From positions 1-53,289 of the forward strand of contig JBBDKG010000003.1 of the NCBI GenBank assembly GCA_040879435.1: a DNA stretch of 53,289 bases. The letters run 5' to 3'. The first letter of the stretch is position 1. The number at the start of each line of letters is the position of its first letter. A program made the position numbers and the translations under genes. The notes beneath the pieces were generated by a model, which saw only the letters and a program-made list of their open reading frames with translations, was not told the origin of the DNA and made no database searches. This DNA is from Minisyncoccota bacterium. Lineage in GTDB: Bacteria > Patescibacteriota > Minisyncoccia > Phycocordibacterales > UBA918. Positions 20,407-28,689 of this stretch are shown here, piece by piece.

Positions 20407-20467
20407 TCTCTGTGAGACTTTTTCACAGACTCCAGATTTACATCTACCAAGAAGTGCTACGATAAAA

Positions 20468-20878
20468 GTGCGAGCACGCCAGCTCGTAGGAACTTACCCG
20501 AATGGAAACCCGGCCACGTGTCGGGTTTCTGGGTACCTAGGTATGGACCTTAATGCATCTACAGCTGAATTGGTCCCATAAAAAATTATTTCGGTAGGGG
20601 AGTCGGATTTCCGAATCGCGAGTGACATGAGTGTGAATGTGAGATGCTGAATTTACAGACATGGAAGTAAGGGGGAAGAAGGGATGTCTCGTTAAACGTG
20701 ATAGAAGTATCAGGATACACAAACGTGCATACAGGGTCAAAAATCCATTTGGTGACCGGGGCAGTACCTGGTGCATTTGTTCTCCCGTACTTATTCGTTT
20801 TACCATTGTTGTGCGAATAAGGAAGTTGCGATATACTGAGGTCAAATAACGAGCTCCTGGTCCTCCCCTTCGTGTCAT
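20468..20878 (+). ncRNA. Candidate large structured ncRNA or leader of unknown family
   Basis: Extended -10 TGcTACGAT just upstream; nested long-range pairings and several hairpins (see findings); no credible ORF. Confidence 0.45.
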
Positions 20879-20905
20879 AATGGACCTAATAGCTCAGCAC
20901 CAGAT

Positions 20906-21892
20906 ATGCGCATTACAAAAAGTACCGAACCGATCATCGATCACATTGCTCCCTTCCTCGATTACTGCGAGGTGGAAAAAGGTCTGTCGAATAACACACA
21001 ACGAAACTACGATCAGTATCTTAAGATCTTCGTACGGTGGTTGAACGAGAAGGGAGAGGGAGGTCTCCTTCCCCACCAGCTCACTGCAAATCATATCTGG
21101 GACTATCGACTTTTTCTTGCCCGAACTTACAAAACTAATCGAGATGGATATCTTGGTAAGCAATCACAGAACTACTACCTTATCGCACTTCGTGCATTGC
21201 TCGACTACTTAGCTGACCGTGATATCGAAACTTTGCCATCTTCAAAGATCAAGCTTGCGAAACAGAAGACCGAAGAAACAATTTCCTTTCTTGATGTACA
21301 TGACATTGAGATGTTGCTTGCGGTACCAAATATTGAAACTAGGATCGGACTGCGTGACCGAGCAATTCTCGAACTTTTCTTTTCCTCTGGCTTGCGAATC
21401 GCGGAACTAGTTGCTCTCAATCTTGATCAAATGTCAATGCTGAAAGACAATGATATGAGCCGCACATATGAGCTCTCAATCGTCGGTAAGGGAAAACGCG
21501 TTCGAACCATCTTTATTTCACCGCGGGCAGCTAAATGGCTTCGTGCATACATAAAGACACGTCATGACGTGGAAAAACCACTTTTCATAAACTATCAGTC
21601 ACGTACGGAAAGTAAGCGCCTTTCACCTCGCGCGATACAAAGTACCATTGCCCGCTGTGCCCTGCTCGCGGGTATCTCTAAAAAAGTAACTCCTCATACT
21701 CTCCGGCATACATACGCAACCGACCTTCTCTCACGCGGTGCCGATCTCCGCAGCGTGCAGGAACTTTTGGGACACAAGAATGTCTCGACCACGCAGATAT
21801 ACACTCATGTTACCAATAAAGGACTGCGTGATATTCATGAGCGATTCCACGGAGGTAAGGACCTTAAAGATAACGAACGGAGTGACCAATGA
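20906..21892 (+). CDS. Tyrosine recombinase, XerC/XerD-like
   Basis: Catalytic R ('SGLRIAEL'), K ('GKGKRVR'), HxxR ('HTLRH'), H/Y ('LLGH...TTQIYTH'); N-terminal SAM-like domain. Confidence 0.95.
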   Translation: MRITKSTEPIIDHIAPFLDYCEVEKGLSNNTQRNYDQYLKIFVRWLNEKGEGGLLPHQLTANHIWDYRLFLARTYKTNRDGYLGKQSQNYYLIALRALLDYLADRDIETLPSSKIKLAKQKTEETISFLDVHDIEMLLAVPNIETRIGLRDRAILELFFSSGLRIAELVALNLDQMSMLKDNDMSRTYELSIVGKGKRVRTIFISPRAAKWLRAYIKTRHDVEKPLFINYQSRTESKRLSPRAIQSTIARCALLAGISKKVTPHTLRHTYATDLLSRGADLRSVQELLGHKNVSTTQIYTHVTNKGLRDIHERFHGGKDLKDNERSDQ

Positions 21893-22461
21893 AATTAAAT
21901 ATGAGAACAAACATACATAACGAAAATGGTCTTCCATGGCACGTTGTTGAACCTGCAGTAAAACAAGAAGTGGAATGGCTACAAGATGCCTTTGATTTTG
22001 GTCAAAGACAAAGGAAGGATGAGGTTTTCTCCGACCAGTTTCCCCTATCCGAATACGAAATGCTTCGGCAAATTAGCATTTCAATTCTGCGTGGTAATTT
22101 AAAAGCGAAGGAACTGAAAAGTCACGAAGTAAATGGTCTATGGACCGAGGCTAATGGTAAAGGCTGGGAATTAGAAGCACTTGAAGACAACACGGAGCGT
22201 CACGGCGGTTATTGGCATAGAGCGATGATGAGTATTGTGAAAAAACATTTTCTAGAATCTGGTTTTGATGTTGAAAACGAACCATACCTTAACCAAGGAA
22301 GAGCTGATCTAGGAGTGTATAAGGAGGGATACCAGAATCTGTATGTGGAAATTGGCACGACCTCTCTAACCAAAACATGGCTGAACCTGCATACAATGCC
22401 GGATAGCATTTTCCTCTTTGTTCCTTCTGTTCACTACGCACTTGAGTTTCAAACAAATTAA
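21889..22461 (+). CDS. Hypothetical protein with PD-(D/E)xK-like nuclease motif
   Basis: ATGA overlap with the recombinase stop; 'GFDVENEP...GRADL...LYVEIG' pattern; visibly A/T-rich. Confidence 0.65.
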   Translation: MKLNMRTNIHNENGLPWHVVEPAVKQEVEWLQDAFDFGQRQRKDEVFSDQFPLSEYEMLRQISISILRGNLKAKELKSHEVNGLWTEANGKGWELEALEDNTERHGGYWHRAMMSIVKKHFLESGFDVENEPYLNQGRADLGVYKEGYQNLYVEIGTTSLTKTWLNLHTMPDSIFLFVPSVHYALEFQTN

Positions 22462-22505
22462 AATACGCCAAACGAGCAGATGCTGCGTTTCTGCTACGCA
22501 CATAG

Positions 22506-23309
22506 TCACGCGACAAGAAAAGCCGCACAACTCTCGCGATACGCTGGTGTCTCCGATGTGAGATGTATGGTATACCCACCTCCCCTCCCCAACGTAGTTT
22601 CGATCTCCGGATGTTGCATCAGATACTGCGCAAGTTTTCGTGGAATGATCTCGTCCTGCGATATGATGTTCACGCTTTCTCCGAATCGTTGTCGAAGTAG
22701 ATCTTTCAAAAGACAGTAGTGGGTACACCCAAGAACCACCGTGTCGTATGTCGCACTTCCCTCCCCGATCAGCTTTGCGGCCTCTTGTTCTGCCCATACG
22801 ACGTCTCCTGCCTCGATACGTGGTACGAGTCCCGGAGCCGCGATGGATGTGAGGACGATGTCTGTGATGTTTTGTTTTCCCAGCTCGATATCATACTTCC
22901 GCGACTCAACGGTGCGTTTGGTCGCAATGAGTAGCGGATGCTGTGCTCCCGTCTGGATCATTTCTTCGATGGTTGGGATGATCACGCCGAGTATCTTCCG
23001 GTCCGGATACTGCTCCACAAGGAACGTGTCCTGCAGCCGTCTCAGTGTTTCAGAAGATGCAGTATTGCATGCCAAAATAACAAGCACACTTCCCTCTTCA
23101 AAGAGATGCGTTACTCCTGCTTTGGTCAGTTCGTATATCTCTTCCTCACTCCGGTCACCGTACGGCACGTGCGCGGTATCACCGTAGTATCGGTACTCAT
23201 ATTGCGGCAGTGCTGGCATGACCGCTTTTAAGATGGTCAACCCTCCGAGACCCGAATCAAAAAGACCGATCTTCCCTACGCGTGCTTGGGTGGAGGAGTT
23301 CCTGTTCAT
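22506..23309 (-). CDS. murI: Glutamate racemase
   Basis: 'FDSGLGGLT', 'ACNTAS', 'LGCTHY'. Confidence 0.96.
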   Translation of the reverse strand: MNRNSSTQARVGKIGLFDSGLGGLTILKAVMPALPQYEYRYYGDTAHVPYGDRSEEEIYELTKAGVTHLFEEGSVLVILACNTASSETLRRLQDTFLVEQYPDRKILGVIIPTIEEMIQTGAQHPLLIATKRTVESRKYDIELGKQNITDIVLTSIAAPGLVPRIEAGDVVWAEQEAAKLIGEGSATYDTVVLGCTHYCLLKDLLRQRFGESVNIISQDEIIPRKLAQYLMQHPEIETTLGRGGGYTIHLTSETPAYRESCAAFLVA

Positions 23310-23334
23310 GAAGAATCTCTAGTATACTACGTAT

Positions 23335-23802
23335 ATGGAGTATCACTCCGGTTACCAGCAAAACGTTCCTAACATGCAATTCATTCAACCATACGAACAG
23401 TACTTTCTTCTTATCGGCCGGGTGCTTATCGGCGGTTTCTTCCTCATTTCCGGACTCTTGAAGTTCACGGATATCGAAGGTATCGCCGCATACATCGGAT
23501 CGGTAGGTCTTCCTATGCCGGTCGTCCTTGCGTGGCTCGCCGCTATCGCTATTACCATCCTTGGTGGCATGCTCATTGCAGGATACAAAGCGTACGAAGC
23601 GTCTCTCGGTCTTGCGCTCTATGTACTGCTTGCGACCGCTCTTTTCCACGGTCCACAGCACTGGCCACTTGAGATGGCAGCATTTCTTAAGAACGCTGCC
23701 CTTCTCGGCGGTATACTCGCAATGACGGCACACCTCCGTCTTGTTGAGAAGCCGGGACCAAGTCCACTCATGGGCTCTTCGTCCCCTACCCCGTCGATGT
23801 AG
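23335..23802 (+). CDS. DoxX-family membrane protein
   Basis: 'IGRVLIGGFFLISGLLKF', 'FLKNAALLGGIL'. Confidence 0.88.
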   Translation: MEYHSGYQQNVPNMQFIQPYEQYFLLIGRVLIGGFFLISGLLKFTDIEGIAAYIGSVGLPMPVVLAWLAAIAITILGGMLIAGYKAYEASLGLALYVLLATALFHGPQHWPLEMAAFLKNAALLGGILAMTAHLRLVEKPGPSPLMGSSSPTPSM

Positions 23803-23810
23803 CGAGACAC

Positions 23811-23843
23811 AAAAAGCCCGCAGCATAACGCTGCGGGCTTTTT
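23811..23843. terminator. Bidirectional intrinsic terminator
   Basis: aaaaagcccgcagc-ataac-gctgcgggcttttt between convergent genes. Confidence 0.85.
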
Positions 23844-23851
23844 GTATGGAG

Positions 23852-24292
23852 TTAGATGTTGGCCGCAAGAGTCCGACTCCAACACGGAGCGGACGCGCTC
23901 CATGGCTGTGTACCCTGCTTCTCATAGAGATAGCGGGCATACGCCATGTTGTCGTGAAGGTTGTTAAGATCAAGACCGAGCTTTTCTGCTGTCTTCAGGT
24001 GGTAACGCTTGTTGATCTGCATCACCCCTGTGTCAGCAGGGTCTACCTTACCCTTCAGAACCGAACCATCGGATAGCGTATGGCGGAATGTAGATTCACA
24101 CCGTGCTACCTGGATCATCACCGGAATGTCTTCGAAGTACTGTCGTACAACCGCTTCAGTGTTACCCGCTGCAAGCTGCAATTCGGTCTGAGACACTGTT
24201 TCGTTTGTAATCGTTCCGTACGCAATGTCTGCTGTTGTGCCTGACGTTGCTCCCGTAACTGCTATTACTGCCGAAATAACCGTGGATAAAAT
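23852..24292 (-). CDS. Lysozyme-like / lytic transglycosylase-like protein (start uncertain: GTG 24196 or ATT 24292)
   Basis: 'VARCES', 'DTGVMQIN', 'NMAYARYLY...QPW'; the frame stays open upstream through a signal-like hydrophobic stretch. Confidence 0.7.
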   Translation of the reverse strand: MLSTVISAVIAVTGATSGTTADIAYGTITNETVSQTELQLAAGNTEAVVRQYFEDIPVMIQVARCESTFRHTLSDGSVLKGKVDPADTGVMQINKRYHLKTAEKLGLDLNNLHDNMAYARYLYEKQGTQPWSASAPCWSRTLAANI

Positions 24293-24341
24293 AAGCCAAT
24301 GGTCTTAATTAACAAAAACGGCCGAAGCCGCTTACGCGTTC

Positions 24342-24370
24342 AGTATAGCATGAAGTGGAGCTGAAGTCAA
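24342..24370 (-). promoter_or_regulatory. sigma70-type promoter for the transglycosylase-like gene
   Basis: TTGACT (24370-65), 17 nt, TGcTATACT (-10 at 24347-42). Confidence 0.75.
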
Positions 24371-24457
24371 CTTATGCAATATATTTTAAATGAGTCAATA
24401 GCTATAATATCTATATTCTAAGCCGCATACTGGCTTATGAAGAACCTCGACCGCGTT

Positions 24458-25297
24458 TTAGTCCATATTTCGCAGTAGCACCATTGCGCCGTAGATACCG
24501 GCAAGATCACCCAATTCAGCGTCCACAATGAGCGGACATGACACATCCTCGCCGAACACGTCATTTGCATGCTTTTGGATATCATCCAAGAGGATCCGCG
24601 GGTTCCCGAGTATCATTGATCCGCCAAGCACAATAATATCAGGCGACCAATAGAGCACAGTGTTCCGCAATCCGTACGCAAGATAATGTGCAAGCTGGTC
24701 CCAAAGGGTGTCCTCCTGCGGTATCTCGTACGGTTTCGTATTCATTCGCTCCTCGATGGCACCGCCTGAGATGAGGTTCTCGAGCGTTGGCAGCGTATCC
24801 TCGCCAAGTATCGTGCGGTCGATATCGAGCACCTGATGCCCCGGCTCGAACCCGATGTGGTAGCTGTCGATGCTACCGTTCTCGATCTTCACACCACCCA
24901 CGCCGGTTGAGATCGTGTGGTACGCGACGATCTCGTGTCCCTTTCCGGCACCAAAGTGCGCTTCTCCAAGGCCAGCAACAGCCGCGTCGTTCTCCAAGAG
25001 CACTGGTGCTTTCAACTCCTTTTTAAGCGTTGCGACCAGCGGTTTATCGATCCAACCAGTGAGTACCGTATCATAGGCAAGCTCAACACGATCAGCGTCG
25101 AGCATACCCCGGATGCCGCCGGCAATTCCCTGTATATCGTCATCGGTCAGTTTCCCTGCTGCCTCAACGATAGCAGCAACACCCTTTTTGAAGTCCTTCG
25201 ACGTCTTGAAGGTTACCGCTTCATCGTAGCGTTTTAGATCCTTTGAGACAGCAACCCGTGTATTGGTGCCGCCGATGTCGAACATGAGGTACGTCAT
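24458..25297 (-). CDS. ROK-family sugar kinase
   Basis: 'FDIGGTN', 'LENDA', 'TISTGVGG', 'EPGH'. Confidence 0.92.
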   Translation of the reverse strand: MTYLMFDIGGTNTRVAVSKDLKRYDEAVTFKTSKDFKKGVAAIVEAAGKLTDDDIQGIAGGIRGMLDADRVELAYDTVLTGWIDKPLVATLKKELKAPVLLENDAAVAGLGEAHFGAGKGHEIVAYHTISTGVGGVKIENGSIDSYHIGFEPGHQVLDIDRTILGEDTLPTLENLISGGAIEERMNTKPYEIPQEDTLWDQLAHYLAYGLRNTVLYWSPDIIVLGGSMILGNPRILLDDIQKHANDVFGEDVSCPLIVDAELGDLAGIYGAMVLLRNMD

Positions 25298-25298
25298 A

Positions 25299-26234
25299 TC
25301 ATTCTACGATCGGCCGTATCGGCTCTTTGAGAAGCTCCGTCATGCGCTTTGCATACTCATCGATATTGTTCTTGAAATATGGAGGAAGTTGCTTCTGGAT
25401 GGCACCGATGACGAAGTAGCCGATCGCCATGAGCGCACCGTGACCCGCCTCTTCAGGCAGTGGCACAGCGATCCTGTTCCCTTCCACACCATATACATCA
25501 TTCTTCACACCGAAGCTAATGAAGCATTCCTTCGGCGAGGTAACTACAGTTTTTGCGTGCTTGATCTCCTCATCAGTGAATGCACGACCTTGTATGAATG
25601 GTCCGAACAACTCATCGAACTTCGTCCGAAACATCCCGGTGAGTGCTTGGCACTCTTTCGGGATGATGAACGTGTATGCATTCCACCGCTTGAAGTCGTT
25701 CTCTTCGATCTTAGCAACCACTGTTTCAATGTGCTTCCGTATATCACCCGCATTCTCTTCTGTGTGTGACAGGATCATACCGAGATACGTCGAGGTGTTG
25801 TATGTATACGGTTCCCGGTTCTTTGGGAACACCACCACCTTCCCTTCATGCAGGTGTTCTTGTGCCCGCGGTTTTGGATTGTTGGTGAGAAGTACTGTGG
25901 GGATCTTTCGCTTGGCCAGCGTCTGGGCTATCGGTACTGCGTGCTTCCCGCCTGATGCGGAGATAAGCACCGCTCCTCCGATTCCCGTGTGTGACGCAAG
26001 GACCTGTTCGATCGAGGATTCGTCGGCGTAGATCGCATCCATATCAGCAAAAAGTATCTCACCGGTCGCACGTGCATTGCCGCTACCAACCACCAGAATA
26101 CGGTCCCATTCAATTGGAATAGCCTGGCACGGCGGTTTCTCCTCGAACAACTCGAGCGCGCCGAACACGGCAGCATCAAGGTTGGGCAATTCCTCGGGCT
26201 TGAAAGTATTTAAGATTGTACGTGCGTTGTTCAT
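25299..26234 (-). CDS. SIS-domain (phosphosugar isomerase-like) protein
   Basis: 'ILVVGSGNA', 'LISASG', 'VLLTNN'; coupled to the LOG and ROK genes. Confidence 0.6.
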   Translation of the reverse strand: MNNARTILNTFKPEELPNLDAAVFGALELFEEKPPCQAIPIEWDRILVVGSGNARATGEILFADMDAIYADESSIEQVLASHTGIGGAVLISASGGKHAVPIAQTLAKRKIPTVLLTNNPKPRAQEHLHEGKVVVFPKNREPYTYNTSTYLGMILSHTEENAGDIRKHIETVVAKIEENDFKRWNAYTFIIPKECQALTGMFRTKFDELFGPFIQGRAFTDEEIKHAKTVVTSPKECFISFGVKNDVYGVEGNRIAVPLPEEAGHGALMAIGYFVIGAIQKQLPPYFKNNIDEYAKRMTELLKEPIRPIVE

Positions 26235-26995
26235 GCTGCGTGTTCGATACGAGTGAATTTGTTAGACGGTACCTTGCGTTCAATAATAGCCATCACTTCA
26301 TCAAGTGAATCAGCGAGCTGGAATATATTCAAATCCTCTTTACTCACGGTCTTGTATTGTTTCAGCATTTTGTGCCCTACCCAATCAAGCATTGGCTCCC
26401 AGAATTCCTTTCCGTAGAGAATGATCGGGATGCATTCGATCTTGCCGGTCTGCACCAATGTGACCATCTCAAAGAATTCGTCGAGTGTCCCGAAACCGCC
26501 TGGGAAGAAGATGTATACCTCGGACGCGTACGCGAGCATCACCTTCCGCGAAAAGAAGAAGTCGAAGGAGGCGTTCTCGGTCACGAACGGATTCAGCTTC
26601 TGCTCGGTCGGTAGCTGGATATTCAGGCCGACCGACTTCCCGCCTGCATTGTATGCACCGGTGTTGGCCGCCTCCATGATACCCGGGCCGCCGCCGGTGA
26701 TAACGGTAAATCCTCGTTTGGCAAGGAGCGCAGACAACTCCTTCGCATCCTCATAGTATGGGTCCCCCTCTACGAACCGCGCGCCGCCAAAGACCGTCGC
26801 CGCCAATCGATACTTGCGCAAGAGATCGAACCCGAGCACGAACTCAGACATGATACGGAACACACGCCATGAGTCCACAGCGTCTCCATCCGGATCAAGA
26901 AGGTCCGTCATCACACGACACGTCTTATCCGACGCATGGACACGCGTCTTTGGATTTAGTTTTCCAGCAGGCTTCTTGCCGAACAGTTCAAACAT
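26231..26995 (-). CDS. LOG-family (TIGR00730-type) nucleotide phosphoribohydrolase
   Basis: 'ITGGGPGIMEAAN', 'FFSRKVML', 'PGGFGTLDE'. Confidence 0.93.
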   Translation of the reverse strand: MFELFGKKPAGKLNPKTRVHASDKTCRVMTDLLDPDGDAVDSWRVFRIMSEFVLGFDLLRKYRLAATVFGGARFVEGDPYYEDAKELSALLAKRGFTVITGGGPGIMEAANTGAYNAGGKSVGLNIQLPTEQKLNPFVTENASFDFFFSRKVMLAYASEVYIFFPGGFGTLDEFFEMVTLVQTGKIECIPIILYGKEFWEPMLDWVGHKMLKQYKTVSKEDLNIFQLADSLDEVMAIIERKVPSNKFTRIEHAA

Positions 26996-27021
26996 CACCT
27001 CTATTTTATCATTGGACTGCG

Positions 27022-27612
27022 TTAAAACGGCATTGGATACTCACTGAATTCGGGGAGAAGTGCTTTTCCGTATAGCAGGCGCGAAATGACCTCGCCGTGG
27101 CAGAGTGCGCCGGTGAGTGCGTTGTGTGGGGTGGGTTCTTCAGGTATGCCGCAATAGTTCAAGACAGCATCAAGGTTGAGTGCTGAGCGGCGATGTTGCG
27201 GATCGATAGGTGGCGTCTTCCCTGCTTTCACCATGTGCATGTAGCAAAGCGAGTGGGTGTCGATGGTCCGGTACGCAAGGTCCCACGAGAGCCCGGCACG
27301 AGCTGCTGCTGCCTGCAGCATGTTCCGATCATACGAAACGTTCTGGCCAGCAAGTGTACGGTCACCGAGGTGTTGCGACCACTCAAGGAATGCGGTCACG
27401 ATCTCCCCTTCTGTCTTCTTTGCAGGATCTGTGATCTCCGCTTCGGTGAAGCCATTTACCGCAAGCGCTCCCTCCATGATATGCGCACCGTCCCAGATAC
27501 GGCACTCTTCATAGAACCGATTCTCCGGGTTCTCAAGATCCAGCGCTCCGATCGAGACGATGGAGTGAATGTCCGGTTCGGTTCCTGATCCTTCGACGTC
27601 TACGACTAACAT
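27022..27612 (-). CDS. DEDDh 3'-5' exonuclease (DnaQ-like)
   Basis: 'VDVEGSG', 'GQNVSYD', 'HNALTGA'; start ATG 27612. Confidence 0.85.
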   Translation of the reverse strand: MLVVDVEGSGTEPDIHSIVSIGALDLENPENRFYEECRIWDGAHIMEGALAVNGFTEAEITDPAKKTEGEIVTAFLEWSQHLGDRTLAGQNVSYDRNMLQAAAARAGLSWDLAYRTIDTHSLCYMHMVKAGKTPPIDPQHRRSALNLDAVLNYCGIPEEPTPHNALTGALCHGEVISRLLYGKALLPEFSEYPMPF

Positions 27613-27723
27613 ACCGATAGCATACCATTCCTTGAGTGGCTTCAAGCCTCAGTTTATGTCTGGACATAAAGCAACTTGAGTGGTATTTTCATTTCAGTAA
27701 TTGCTCGAGATCAGGAGGCTTGA

Positions 27724-28176
27724 TTGTCACATACTGAATCTAAGCATTGGAGATTGCGAGGCATGTGGTTCCAATTTCCAATGATCTTCCTATGGTTTCT
27801 TCGCGGGTCGTACTATTCTCCGCTCGAATTCCGCATGTCGATCAGTGGTGTGGTGGCCTTCGTCGGTTTTACACTAATGCTGGTTTCGATGGTTCGTATC
27901 TACAAACTCGGCACCAAGAAGCAACTCATCACGTCCGACATCTTCGCGCTCACTCGACACCCAATGTACCATGGGATGTTCATCGCGGATGCAGCTACAT
28001 TCCTAGTGGCTGACCTCTCTGACCCACTCTTCTGGATCAGCTGGCTCATTTTTGTTGGGCTTCTGCTGACAGCAGGATGGTACCAGGAACGTGAAACTCT
28101 CGCACGATGGGGCGAAGAGGCAGGACGCTACTATGCTCGGACGCCACGATTCATCTTTGGGTGGCTATGGCGCTGA
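27724..28176 (+). CDS. ICMT/PEMT-family membrane methyltransferase
   Basis: 'LITSDIFALTRHPMYHG', 'QERETL...YYARTPRF'; AGGAGG 27713-18 with a TTG start. Confidence 0.8.
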   Translation: MSHTESKHWRLRGMWFQFPMIFLWFLRGSYYSPLEFRMSISGVVAFVGFTLMLVSMVRIYKLGTKKQLITSDIFALTRHPMYHGMFIADAATFLVADLSDPLFWISWLIFVGLLLTAGWYQERETLARWGEEAGRYYARTPRFIFGWLWR

Positions 28177-28193
28177 AGCGCCGGAAACTATGG

Positions 28194-28221
28194 AGGCCGC
28201 GTGCGTTCACGCGGCCTTTTT
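28194..28221 (+). terminator. Intrinsic terminator
   Basis: aggccgcgtg-cgtt-cacgcggcct-tttt. Confidence 0.8.
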
Positions 28222-28270
28222 CATTTCGCGTTGTGCCCCAAGCAACTATAGTATGATATATACTTAACTC

Positions 28271-28660
28271 ATGAATACACGAGGCGGCTGTCACTGCGGG
28301 AAAGTACGTTTTGAAGTGCGTAACAAGCCTGAATCTGTCTGCACCTGCTATTGTGACACTTGCAGAAGAATCAGTGGCTCTGCTTCCATGACAGCAGCGG
28401 ATTTTAGGAAAACCGACTTTGTTTTGTTACAGGGTAAGCTACAAAACTACAACTCCTCTTCAAAGGTCGCACGTTCTTTTTGTGCAAGCTGTGGTTCTCA
28501 CGTTAGTTACATGAGTGAGGACTTTCCGAACAATATTGAAATATTTGTTGGTACATTTGATGACCCTGGTCTCTTCCCTACCGAACTACACACATGGACC
28601 TCTCACAAACCTTCATGGGTATCTATTTGTGATGATCTGCCACAACATGCTGAGGACTGA
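28271..28660 (+). CDS. GFA/CENP-V family Zn protein (copy 1)
   Basis: 'GGCHCG', 'CYCDTCRR', 'RSFCASCGS'. Confidence 0.92.
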   Translation: MNTRGGCHCGKVRFEVRNKPESVCTCYCDTCRRISGSASMTAADFRKTDFVLLQGKLQNYNSSSKVARSFCASCGSHVSYMSEDFPNNIEIFVGTFDDPGLFPTELHTWTSHKPSWVSICDDLPQHAED

Positions 28661-28689
28661 TATAAATTCAGTGTCCTACACACCTGTTG

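Noticed and set aside
20468-20878. Group II intron, group I intron, RNase P RNA or tmRNA identity for the structured region
   Set aside because: It starts with GTGCG but has no domain V or RT. No GAGGAAAGTCC/P4 motif, no group I R/S elements, and no tRNA-like acceptor ending in CCA, although ccggg-gcagta-cctgg resembles a T-arm.
20537-20878. ORFs 20661..20849 (+) and 20537..20878 (-)
   Set aside because: No SD or leaderless signal and no recognisable domain; the interval is better explained by RNA structure.
20890-20897. TAGCTCAG tRNA D-arm-like fragment
   Set aside because: No GG D-loop, anticodon arm or T-arm follows.
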